A stretch of DNA of 64,000 nucleotides, from the NCBI GenBank assembly GCA_017499595.2, contig CM039006.1:434001-498000 (forward strand), in the 5' to 3' direction. This document shows, one piece after another, positions 51,539 to 64,000 of this stretch; positions within the stretch are counted from its first letter, which is position 1, and each line of letters opens with the position of its first letter. This DNA comes from Psilocybe cubensis (lineage: Eukaryota). Position numbers and translations under genes: made by a program. The notes below the pieces were generated by a model. It worked only from the letters and a program-made list of their open reading frames with translations, was not told where the DNA came from and did not search any database.

Positions 51539-54500
51539 GCGCCTCGCGTGTGTCGGGGGGTTGGTTCTTTTCAAATTCGAAGACATCGACCCCGCTTTAC
51601 ACTACCCACCTACGACTGCCACAACAACAGCGACGATATCGATGTTTTGCCAAAGTCGACGAGAATCGCTGAACAAAAATAACAACTGTTAAAATGTAAC
51701 CCTTGCCCAAGCCCTCTCTCTTCTACCTCCAGCCCTCCTCCATGCAGCAAATAAAATCAAAAGCAACGAGATGCAGAATATGGATACGACACTTTACGAT
51801 GTGATGAAACCCCGCTCTTCTCTGTTTCATGGAGATACCATACTATACCTTGCGCATACCAACTTTTACCCTACCCACGCCGTCCTCGTTCATATTCATA
51901 CCCCATGCTACCAAATACCAATACCTACTGCCTGTGGATTTGTACGGCCGCGGTCGCCACACTCTCTCCTCTTTCGCGGTGGCAAAAGTTGCTTTTTCCC
52001 CCCTGTTTGTTTGTTTGTTTGTTGTTCAATATTTCTCTTTCTTTTCCTTGAGTCTGTGTCTTTTTTTTTCCAAAATGTCTTGTCAAGTTTTTTAACCGGG
52101 TTGCTGCTCCCAGCACCAACCTGCCGCATAGTTTTTTTTTGATATTGCGATCCTTCTCTTTCTCTTTTATTTTTTGTATTTACTAGTCAAGCCTCGTTTC
52201 GTTTTTTCTTTTTTTTTTCTATCCAAATTTCTTTATATCCCCATATCCCACGTCCCACAATCCATCTTCAACGCGACGCAACCAAAATTCACCCTGGCGT
52301 CCTGATAGAACGCAAAACAAACGCATCCGCTGCAAAAAGACAACTGTTTTCTTCATCGTCAATCGTCAATAACATATTTATACCTGCCCTTCACATATGG
52401 CCCACCACACATCCTAGCCAGCCGCCCTATCAAACGAAATATTGGCTCTTCAACCAACCATCATCATCATCGATTGTCGTTTCTTCGTTCTACTTTGTTT
52501 ATTTTCATGATCATCTTTTTTTTTGTTTTTACCCCCTTCTCCCTGTTTCCTCCCGAAAATGCGCAAACGTCGAAGTATATCCTGATCGTATACTTCCCTC
52601 TACTTTGCTACCCCAGAGTACTCAAGCTCCCAAACGACGCAATCTGCCAGCATTCGTCTTTTCCTTTTCCTTTTTGTATATATGTATGTATGTAAAAATT
52701 GCTGTATGTACCGTAGTAAATGAAAGTCAGCACTCTCATTTTTGGTGCGTCGTGTCTTGTGATTTTAGTAGGTCTCCTAGCAGGTGGCTTCCTCTCGAGG
52801 GCGTAAGCGACCGATGAAAGTGCGGAGCATTACCCCAAAGAAGGAGGGAGATAACTCCCAGCCGCGGCAAGGTAAGATGGACGTTGGGATACGGGCGTCG
52901 GGAAGTAAGCCCTTTTGAATACAACATGGTAATCTGCTAGTGGGTCATTAATGGCACGCTGTTGTAGAAAAAAAACACTGAGAGGCGAGTGATATAAATA
53001 CTTCTATATACACACTTTCTAGAGGAATTTAGTTGGTTCTAATACAAACAAAAATGTAACATTATCGACGTGAGCATCGCATAGGAGCTTTCGAATGTAA
53101 CAGCAAGGGACAATGTTTGGTACTTCCGGCTATCCATACTGATATGAATTTTGAGAGGTTGTCGGATTCTTGGATGTTTGGATTCAGCTCCCAGTTTGAA
53201 GTTGAATAATGACAATGAGATAGGATAGAAGCCTACTTTGCTTGATATGGGTAAACGGTTCACTTCCTTCTGTTTCTTGAACCTTTGATGTCCACCGTAC
53301 AATCCGAGGCACAAGTCCAAAATGGATAAATGTACTGGGAAGCCTTGTTCGCGACACACCCATTATACAGTCATGGTACAATTGCTATAGCGTGTGTGTG
53401 CATCTAGGTACCTCCTCGGACTCGGACCAAGAGCTCTGAGCTCCCCTGAGCACATTAATACGAGTATAGCCCGTGGGACGCGTGCGTGCGCTCAATCAAA
53501 TTGGTGAGTCCCACAGACTGTCAAAAATGCCCTGTCGATTACTTGTGATCTACTGATTGGTTGAGGGCAAGATACTACAGAGAAGGCGCTGTGAGCTAGG
53601 ATGAGGCAGAGTGCGTCATGGTTGGGTGGATGGATGACGTTCGTTGAACATTAACCTGACGTCGATGGTTGAATGAATCAGTTTGAATGCAAGCCGATGA
53701 AATACAAGGTCAATGCCAGATATCACTACACAGAATATCGGGACACTGAGCCAGCGGCGTCAAAGACCCAATATTCAGGATTCAGCTAAAGCTAGAACGA
53801 GCCAAGACTACCTATTATGTAGAAAGGAAATGCAGCTACTGAAGGAACGGATCTGAGGAGGGGAGGGGCGGGGGTTGACAATGTCCGTGGTCAGCCTTCA
53901 AACTGTGGCACACGCATTAGACGTATGCAGTACGTGTATCTAGCTGGTGCTATCAATGATGTGAGTGCGAGCATGCCAAGCCTCGAGAGTAAAATTAAAC
54001 GCTGGTTAACTAAGGGCAGGTCGTTCGTTCGGGACTCGGATCCATGACTAAGGTTCAGTTTGTGAGATTTGGGACTTGGTTTTGCGTGCGTTTTGTCACT
54101 TGCAATGATGCGGGGCGGCGTCTGAGTCATGGCGCTAATTTTAAATAACACGGATCTCCACTCCTCCTTGATGAACTGTGATGAAATCGATAACGAGGGG
54201 GTTCTCTCAAGTTCTGCTCTGCACACAAGATAATAAATTCTTTGGGGCACTTGGCTCGGAGATAACGAAAGTATAACGATCCAGTCCTTTCTACCGCTTC
54301 AATTAGTGCGAAAAGTGGTAAGATATAACAGACTAAATAGCAATGCTGACAATGAATGGCAGTACTTAAATTTGACGAGGCACACGCACACACTCCTAGA
54401 ATGTAAGCTTGCACATGCTAGTGAGGCCAAGAAGACAAAACAACACCCCTCATCATGCTTCCAAAAAGCTCCAAGCTCCTATATACACGCAGACGGCACC

Positions 54501-57500
54501 GGAAACAGATATAAACTATTTCCCAACACCATTAGTCCATTGAAAACGGGGCTTGGGGTATTGCTCACTGCTACCATTATGCACCTTCCTCCTCCGGATT
54601 CTTTGGTTTAAAAAAAGATATCGCGTCACGGTCTGAAGAACCAAGGTCCGCACATATGGACATGTTATCTCCGAGCGCAAAGCCCGAATCGCGAAAGTGG
54701 CCACACAGGTTTTTCTATAATTAACCGCCCAAGTTTTTCACCAAGCCGAGGCTTGACATAGTAATAAGTTGCATCGTGATGTCCAAGCCCTATGATAATA
54801 GATTTACCCCAATCACCAGGCGTCTTTTTATGTCGTCCGAACAGAATCCTTGACCCACAGCGCCACTGTCCGTCCAAAAAACGGGATATGAAAGAAACTT
54901 TATCCAGTATCCAGATGTTTGAAGCCTTTTTGCTATTTTCTGCCAAATGGCATTCACCCACAGCCTCGTGCTTTGTGTAAAGGAAACACAGAAAAGAAAT
55001 AGACGCACTATATTTAGCATTGTAGGAACAGGTCAACAAAGCATCTTTCACGAGCGATTTTCTCTTCCGTCTGATTTTCTCTTTTTCTCAAGAAAGTCAC
55101 TCGTATGAGCTCGTATGTTTTTATTTTATTTCCAGAAATTACCGAGCATCTGCCGTGAGTCTATTGTGCTGAGACACGCCGCGGCTCAAGGGCAAGGCCA
55201 AGTAATTCTTTCCTTAAATACCCCACACATCCTCCCAGCAATCCAGTTATTGTTGCTTCCTGTACAGTGTAATTAACGTAGTGAAAGCTTGGCTTTACGC
55301 ATCTTTTCCACCCAGACTGAACGGCGTCAGAGTTTGAGGCTCGTGTGTTTTCGTAAATGCCGTATGCTCTCGTATGCTGCATACCACATGCGGCCCCTGT
55401 GGGGAGTTCGTACAACAGCCGCTTCTGATAGAATCCCAAATTTGCAATGCAGATGGCTATATACAATCCAGGGCTGCTGAAATGCATGCACGAGTGTGGG
55501 ATTAACGCCTCGTATAGTACGTCCTGAGCATATTTCTTCTCCACCCTCTCTGCGTCCGAGATTTTAGATGATCATAGCGATAAAGGATCTTCGACAACTG
55601 GCACCGAACAACGGCTCTCAAGTTCATGCCCACTAATAACGGTCTGCACGGCTCAGACATGGTGCACTCCGCGGTGCTTGCGTTTCAGACGAATACTTCT
55701 GGCCCTTTTGTCGTCACGCATCTATACGCGATTCGAACAACTCGAGCGAAAGTACTCAATCTGGATGGATGGTTTTTCTCTCTGTCAAGTACCCTGCATC
55801 GATTATCAAAACGAGTATGCAGTGTAGAACACGTGGAAGTGGAGAGCCGTCGATTTTGTAGTTGACGACGACCCAACTTGGCTGTTAGGTTTCCCAGAGG
55901 TCCCGCACGGAACCCTCAGCGCTTCCTGCAACGTCAATTTCACAGGCCGACATACCTCCATTTGACCAAGCTTGAAAGTCCTGGAACTTTGCATAATTAG
56001 ATTGCAGCCCTTGCGCGGTTAACCTGAGAGTGGTACCAATACGGTACGGAGAAGGGTATGGTTCCATAAGGCCAGACACACATGTAAGTCGGTTCAATAT
56101 CTTCTTCGTGGCGAAGGATAATTGGAAGGTGAACAAATAGACTCACGGGCTCGGTAATGACGATCCATTCATTCATTTCACTGTACGATTACTTAGCTTT
56201 CAAAGGCCTTCGCTGAGAGTGGAATGAGCTGGGCAGATGCCTTTTAGTTGAATCTACATCAGGCTGTCTGGAGCATGTCGGAGCGATAACCCAGTAAGAA
56301 TAGCCACAAAGTCGGGATGAGAGCGGGCCTGAGCACACCCAAAGTTGCTCTATTCTGACAAGAATGTCTACTCAAGCTCCGGCCCGATTCAAATAGATTC
56401 AACAGGCTGAAGGCTACCAGACAAGTTGCCTCGCATTTCATCGGATCCATGGCTTACAGCTTGGGGCGAGGTCCAAAAGAGTAGACACGCAGAGCTGGCG
56501 AGAAGCAACAGTCAAGAGGAAAGACCAATCATAACACTTCAGAACGTCTTGGCGTCGTCTCTTCTTGACTATGAAAGAAATCGCGAAGTTGATATTGATG
56601 ATATGGCCTCGGATGATGTAGAATTTTGAGGCGCTCGTTTTGATGGCTTTGAGACTGGATAGACTAAAGCAGTCCACAGTAGGTCCAATTTCTGCGGACA
56701 TATCGGTCGGCCAAGTCAATGCCTGAGGGGGCATTTTCCTTCCCTAACGCAGTAAACCGTTGTTTTAGTCGGCCGACGCGGGCAAGAGGAAGAGCCGAAT
56801 CAAGGTGGGTCGCCACACTCTATAGAGGAGCGATCAGTGGGAAAGGTTGCCAAATTACACGCTACGTTCAACGAATGTATACATGTTATTCTTAGTCTTT
56901 GCGTTGCGATGGTAGGGAGCATCCAAGGTACCAGCGGAGATGTGACGGTCCGGCTACGTTGGGCTAACAGCTGCTAACAGAAGAAGGAAGGTTGAAAAGG
57001 AGCCATTTGGTTGAGTGCAGACTAGGTTTAGATGGTGCCTTGGTCTGCATGGCCGGTTCGGGACATGCAGTCCATCACGGTGTCCCGGGTCCGACGTTGT
57101 ACAAACGCATTCGAATCCGAGCCAAACCAACCGGGGTCGTGAGACTGAATCATTAGTTTGCTAAACTGACACCCAAAAAAGCAAGATGGTCCCGGTGTAA
57201 CGGATTCCAAAACTTCTGCAGAGTTTCAAAAGATGAGCGAACGAGAGTGATGTTGAATATATTTTTCTTTTCTACCAACCCTGAAATGCATTTGATATCA
57301 GAGAGCATTCATGTGAAAAAAAGACTACCCCCTGCAAGAAGCCAATGGCTCACAAGTGCAATAGCCCAATTAGTAGCCTGGAATTTGTTTTTCACCAGAG
57401 GTCGAGTTGAACACCTGGGGATCTCGGACTGAGTCGTACTAGTTGAAAAAGTTGTAATCGCTGAATCAATCTGTAGTTTCCAAAGCGGTAAGGCCATCAT

Positions 57501-58972
57501 CATGGACCATCGATGCTGACTGGGGTTGACGTACGTTCAAGACGAAGAAGTAAATCATGCCCAAGTTAAAAAAAGCTCAAAAGCGAAAACACAGTCGCGC
57601 ACCCATACATACAATATTGGCAGGTTCCGCGAAGTTGATCCTTCGGTCTCGATAATTCATATTTCCACGAGGATAACGCGGAGAAGGCGCATCGGATTTT
57701 AGCTGTTTATGCCGCGAGGCTGGAAAAGAGAATGCAAGCGAGCGAGGGGGGCATCGATGGCGTTCCCGATGAAGAAACCCTGATCTTCGCGACAAACTTG
57801 GATGCGGGGTAATGTATTTATGGGACCGGTCCGGACATCTCTAAAAGTCTAAGAGAAGCCAGGAGGATTCGAGAAGCCTCTTATTGTATAGTCTTGTACT
57901 TGCGCACCTTGTGCTGCAAAAAAGGGCGACGTCAAAACATGGGGAAATGGAGTGACCATACGCTTGCGTCCTGCATCCGCTGCGTCGGCCTGTGTTAAGA
58001 TGCCGACGGATTCTAGAGATATAAGAAAATAAAGGTGGCGGCGGTGTTACCTTATAATTGAAATGATTATTAAGGGACTTGATTCTCTTTTGGAGCCTTG
58101 GTGTCAAAAATAAGGTCGCAAGTGCCTCATAAGCAAATCCTTATGATACAAGAGCAGATACAACCTTGAAAAAAGAGCAGCAAACAATAAAGATATACTT
58201 GGAAGGTCTGCGTGTTTGTCGTTAAGCTAGCTATATCTTTTGCTGATTATATGTTAGACGCCAAACGAGGATGCGATTATAACAGAAGACCACCTCAGTA
58301 TCCTAAGTGGGTCCCATAGCGGAAGAGATATGTAAGGCCCAGGAATATCTACGGATAAACATCAGCTTCCAGGGAACGTTCTTTGAGGGTTTAAATCACT
58401 ATATGAACTCTGTATATCGTCATTGTCAGGATGAACGCTGTATTAGGAAGAACTAAGGTGGCACTTATCATGCGCGCGTAAACTCTATTGAAACGTAGCG
58501 TATTCTGATAGGAGGGTGGATAAAATAAGCACAGAACACTGTTAAGGCTCACAGCGGACTTCCCTGGCTGTACTACTCAGCAGTGCTTCGCTGTGCAACC
58601 AATCAAGACAATTCACCCGATAGTCCGTATCCGAACAGTGTCATCAAGGGGAGAAAGACGGTACTAACTCGCTATCAGTAGAAATGGGAAACATCGGATA
58701 GAAAGATAAGCAAGAGAGAGAGAAAATGGCATACACGGCTCGTGTGAGTTGATCTCCATATCCCGCGTCTTGCCCGCGGTGTCTTGAAACGATAGAAATT
58801 TCCAGATGCAAGAGCCATAGGCATCCTCGAGTCAAACCATAGAGATCGAACAAAGATATAACGTGGATTATTCCTAGATAGCCGGGTGAAGAAATGTAAT
58901 TATACTGAATTATATTTACCGAATAGGTAAGCTATGGGGTATTTTGACTGTGGCTCTAGATAGAATCGACCT

Positions 58973-60792
58973 CTATTGATCAATATCTTGCCTGAAAAGT
59001 GTCAAGCAGGACTGTAAGCAAACAGCATTCATGGTAGTAGAGCTGAGCAGTAACTTACTTCAACACATAACGGTACCTTGGGAGGCCGTTCTTAACACCT
59101 TGGACAGCTTTTGCCGCTTCAGACACTAATCGCAGATATCAGCTTCGAAGCATATGGAGCAATGAGAAAAAGCACTTACTAGGGATAACATCAATCCAAG
59201 GTTTAATCCCTTTATCGCAAGCGAGCTGCAGCATCTCAACAGCCTCTTTCTTGCTGCCGCTATAGAGTTTCCGATGGAAAGCATGAGAGCAATGCGAAGC
59301 AAACAATGATCGAGACTTACAGCACGCTACCACCGTAGAGGCCACTCGAAAAGAGGGTGCCCTTGGACATGGCAGGAAGTTTATCGTCGGGGATGGCCAC
59401 CATGATGAGCCGACCGCCGGGTACAAGGGTGCTCATTAATTCATCCAAAGCGATTCCAGAAACGACATCGGTAGTAACCTATCAGATAATCAGTGATGAA
59501 AGAAGAATCTAAAAGAAGAAAATATTACGATGATTATATCTAGAGTGCGCTTGTATGGGATCTCGAAACCGGTCTCGCCTGTAGCAACAAATTTGGTAGC
59601 ACCAAGCTTTTTGGCATCGTCCTGAAGATATGTCAATAAAAAGTTCCTTCATGGAAAGGTTTTAGCGAACCTCCTTTCTTCTCGAATGCGAGAAAGCAAT
59701 AACTTCATCGCATTCAAGAGCCTTCGCGAATTGAAGAGCGAAGTGACTTATTTTGTAACACCGTCAATATCACCTTCGCATTATTAGTTCAACCAACGAC
59801 TTACCCCAATCCACCAATTCCAACGACACCCACCTTCTTACCAGGTCTTATGCACCTCGTCAACAGATAAGACAGAAGTTAATTAAAAATTTCGTGCTTA
59901 CCCAGCTCCGTTCCTAACTAGTGGCGAGTAGACTGTGAGTCCTCCGCAGAACATAGGTGCAGCTTCCTCCAACTTAAGGCCGTCAGGGATAGGGAAAACG
60001 AATCGTTCATTGACGCGAATCCCGTTTGCATAACCTCCTTTGGCAATGGTCCCGCACTGTTAATTCGATTAGATACTGTATGTACGCCCGTACGCCACGC
60101 AACAAGAAACTTGTACCTCTGGGTACTTGCAGTTGTATGTGTAGACAACATCGGAGCAGCTGAAACGAAGAAATTTCATGGATGTTGGAGTACATGGAAA
60201 GGGAGAAAACGAGACGCACTACTGCTCGTTATCGGTTTTGCACATATTACATTTATTGCACGAGCATACGGCGGCACTGAAGATAGATAAAACGAATGTA
60301 GGGTGTATGCGCGTCAGATACTTCGAAGGACATTTATGAAACCCTTACCCTACACCAACGCGGTCACCAACTTTAATGGTCTTAACTTGAGGCCCAACTG
60401 AAACAACATGGCCAGCAATTTCATGACCAGGAACGACAGGCTATAAAGATCAGACGTCTATCAACAAAGTATATTAATGTACTGCTTACCAGAAGGGGAG
60501 TTCCCCATCCACCAGTGATGGTATGGATCTAATAAGAGGAAACAGTTGGATGATTGTATGTAAAGAAAGAAATTCAATGCACTCACATCAGTCCCACATA
60601 CACCGCAGAACGCGATCTTGATATCGACATCGAAATCCCCCAACGGTTTAGGCTGGTATTCAATCAACTTGAAATCATACGATTTGCTCGTATCTTCGAT
60701 GCTAGTTACATATATGCTATGCAGCGAGATCACAAATACAGGATGGGTTTATGTACTTACGCGTATCCTTTGAAAGTGACGTTGGCTGCCAT
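58973..60792 (-). CDS. Zn-dependent alcohol dehydrogenase (CAD/Adh6-like), paralog of 14436-16308
   Basis: [44 protein letters not shown] and GIGGLG; ends QDIDQ*. Intron positions are nearly all shared with the first ADH. Confidence 0.9.
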
Positions 60793-61590
60793 GCTTTGGA
60801 CAGGTATCAGGAGAAAGTGGTAAGTGGTAATTGGCACTCGTTGGGTTGCTCAAAAAATTTTCTTCTCGGTTTGTCATGCTCTATATGTCGTAATTCATAT
60901 GCTGCTGGGTAAAAAATTGTCCAGAGATCGACGGAGAAGCGGGAGTAAGGAATTTCAATTTCCAAGAGGACGCGGATTCAAAAGATGCGAGGCGAATTGG
61001 CTAGTTGACCGCTGGCGCGAGGTTTGCCACCTTTTTCTACACATCAAAGTAAGACACAACCGTTATAGATATGCCCAAGTAAGTTGAGGCCTGAAGCTGA
61101 AGGCGTCTGTCGACTAATAGTCACGAAAGGGGTCAAAACAGAACTAAGCGGCTGGCTGAGCATTGTGCCTAACAATGGAAAGTAGCCACGTGCTATAGTA
61201 CTTGCCGCCAATGCCGAGGTAATTGATCGACTCCAGTCTCCAGAGTCCAGCAACTTTTGCGAATGAGTTTAACCCAACGCTGAGCAAAAAATAATACGAA
61301 GATATGCAAACAATGGCGCGTATAGCTGCACTTCACAATGCACGGAACTTACCTTGTTTATTGTAAAGTTGAAAAGCCTTGGAACTAGTTAATTTTGTAA
61401 AAAAAATTGTATCATCGCACGACGCACATTGCATCCTCGATCGAGGTCTAAAAATAACCTCCTGGCGCTGAAGGTAAATTGTGATCGGCTACCCGACGGC
61501 ATCTCAATCGGCAAGAAAAAAATTGGTTCCTGGTCCTACATGCATCAAATTCATGCTGGTCCTTGAAAATTGGTCCAAAACCAACACAGT

Positions 61591-61689
61591 AGCCCACCGC
61601 GAGGGTCGAACTCGCAGCCTTCAGATTACATTTGCCCCTTGTTTCCAGACATAAGAGTCTGACGCTCTATCCGATTGAGCTAGGCGGGC
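61591..61689 (-). tRNA. tRNA-Lys-CTT: tRNA-Lys(CTT) with a 25-nt intron (61627-61651)
   Basis: The reverse complement gives the same mature sequence as the other two copies, with a third, different intron. Confidence 0.95.
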
Positions 61690-62560
61690 GGTAGCATTTG
61701 AGTTAATGTTACTAACACAAGGTTAGGACGAGCAATGCAAAAAACACGACTTCCCGAAAGTCAGCATTCTCTATAATTTGTGCTCCATGATGAATTATTA
61801 CAGGTCGTGGTATAAAGCGTCAGCATCTTTTGGGTTCAGCATATCATAATATTCCTCCAACACCGCTTACTCAGAAATCAAACTATCTCCTCTCTTCTCT
61901 ATAAGGGTATTCTAAATGACTAACTTTTGTCTCTTCATGCCAAGATGCTGATTTCATTATAATACGAATGGCTTCATTTTATCTGAAATTGGACCTGACC
62001 AGAGCCTCTCGAAGAAAACTGAATCTGTGGGGAGGACATGTATAAGTTAAAGGATCCTTATATAACTTGTTTTATACCGCTAATGTGACCCATCCTGTTT
62101 GCAGGATGGTTTGATATTGTCAGCAGAATAGTCATCAACAACTGGATCCGCCAACTCCGTTGAAAAACCGGAAGCTCCCCGTGGCCCATTTTAAGGCTTA
62201 GGAGGCGTGATTAATTCCTGGTATGCTATATGTTCACTACTAAACATGTTGATGTATTTGCTGACATATGCACGTCAGCTGGCCGTGTATAATGTTATAC
62301 AATGAACAAGCCACAGGATATGAGTCGTGTTATCTATAAAATAAAAATAAATTAGAGAACTTTCAGCAATAACACAATGACTGCATGTCGGCTAATAGAT
62401 AATTTGCTGGAGATATGAGCAGTCGAACCCTAGGAGAAACAAAGCGTCTCTGCGTAGCTCGTTGATTCACGGCTATTCATCTCTCTCCCGAATATCAGTA
62501 AGACGGTGTGGGCGCCTAAAAATATTTACTTCAAATTGTTCTCACGGCAGTCTATTCCTG

Positions 62561-63414
62561 TCATATATTATATCCCACACAATGTATGTTTTTTCAACGA
62601 ATATCAAAAATTTCAAAAAAGGGTGCTGGTGATATGCTGACGAGCGGTGTGGGCGTGCAAAGGAAGAGAGACAAGCTGGGAAGTGCCTACAACACCCAAA
62701 AGCTCGTGCAAAATGCGTTGATGTGTGTGGGTTGCTTCACAAAGCCCTGCTGAACCACAGGTGACTGGGGAGTTGTTGAGAGGGTAAGAACGAAATGTAG
62801 ACGGTTTTGACGGCTGGGAGCGACGCTGGTGGACGCAATATATTGTATACTTAGACGCAGTTCGAAACGACGCAAGAGAGCGCGGTAAAATTGACGATGA
62901 ATTCGCAAAAATCTGTTATTTGGGTAGGGAATGATACTCTAAGGGGGAGAAAACATACTCTACCTGCCTAGTATGTCTGAGCTAAGTGGTTCTAACGCTA
63001 CCATTACTAAAGGGGGAATAGAAAACTATAGAATGTACGAGAAGTTGTGAAATAGGAGCTGTTTTTGAGGGGTGAGGCTGGAGGAAGAACCCGAATTCGT
63101 ATTTTCCACTAAGTCGATCGCGACGTCTAGGCGTGCCAGGAACGAGTCGAAACGTGGTAAAGGTCTTGACTACTCCATGAGGCTTGATAGGGGGCGTGTT
63201 GCGCACAATAGGAGGTGAAGCTACGGGTGTCTGAAAGTAATAAAGTTGATATGGAGTGGTCTGGTTGACGAAAGGGGAGGATGTTATGGATGTCGAGGTT
63301 CGTGGTTATAGGCCAATGGTCGATGCGGTGCGCGGCATATCGTGGGAATGCGCAGTCGTGTGAATTCGCGCATTTGTGCGAGCGCGCTCGTAGCGCGACA
63401 CGGCTTATCACTGG
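62561..63414 (+). mobile_element. Non-autonomous Helitron-like element; 3' end clear, 5' end uncertain (62561 or 62333)
   Basis: GC hairpin CGCGCT-CGT-AGCGCG (63383-63397), then 13 nt, then CTGG|T (CTRR terminus, 63411-63414). Candidate 5' ends are TCATATATTATA (62561) and A|TCTATAAAATAAAA (62333). Confidence 0.55.
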
Positions 63415-64000
63415 TATATTTTCTTAGTATTATTACTAGTAGGATATCTAGTCAAGAGCTTATTTGGGCATGACTGTTTCTGAATGTCAAAGAAAAAAAA
63501 CTTCTCCAAAATTTCTCTGCCACTTAATGTTGACAACCACGATCCATCACCAGATTATCAAAGACTGCAAAACAGGTGAACGCAGGCGTTCGACAACGTT
63601 CACCTGTGTTTCGGTCTCCTATACCAGATGAGGAGAGGTACACAGTACACGTGGAAAGACGTACCTCTAGCTTCCCGCAGTAGGGCATAGCACAGCTTTA
63701 AAACTTAAGCAAACGAGAGAACTGGCCAGAGAGAACATTGAAGTAGTTTTCCACTTGTTTGTTTTTTGCGAGGTTGCAGGATCGGCTTTCCAAGTGTTGT
63801 ACAAATCCCGAGATGAGTTTGAACTCTGCATTACACTTCGGACAATTAAACTTCTTGTCATCGTGGGCGGCCGAGTTTAGATGGCTGTTGAGTCCAGCCA
63901 GAGTGGTACATTTCTTCTCGCAAAGGAAACATGCGTACGCTTGTTCATTCCAGGACGCCTCCCAGGCGATGTAGCCCGTGACAGTCGACGGGCCAGCCTC

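Noticed and set aside
54665-56734. Possible decayed gene (F-box-like feel)
   Set aside because: No motif can be confirmed by eye and the fragments do not join in frame.

Overview
Intron-rich fungal genomic DNA; the short GT-AG introns (mostly about 50-60 nt) and the gene families point to an Agaricomycete mushroom (inferred, species not identifiable here). From the left: (1) an AT-rich block (1 to about 4000) with tandem repeats, an intact 4-exon orphan gene and nested TIR elements; (2) a sesquiterpene synthase and a cytochrome P450 in head-to-head arrangement, followed by a Git3-like GPCR and a Zn-dependent alcohol dehydrogenase, together a candidate sesquiterpenoid cluster; (3) a RUS1/DUF647 gene; (4) a damaged C2H2 zinc-finger gene and a damaged aldo-keto reductase, either side of a transposon nest holding a tRNA-like cassette and a young MITE; (5) two hypothetical genes, a sphingoid-base-phosphate phosphatase and an NAD(P)-binding protein; (6) a 903-bp TIR element carrying a second tRNA-like remnant; (7) a gene-poor stretch of about 12 kb leading to a strongly repeat-expanded bHLH transcription factor (about 1366 aa, two long introns); (8) a second, inverted ADH paralog and a non-autonomous Helitron-like element at the right end. 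Three intron-containing tRNA-Lys(CTT) genes are dispersed through the window. All exon structures were assembled by eye; product-level calls are inferences that need database searches or experiments.
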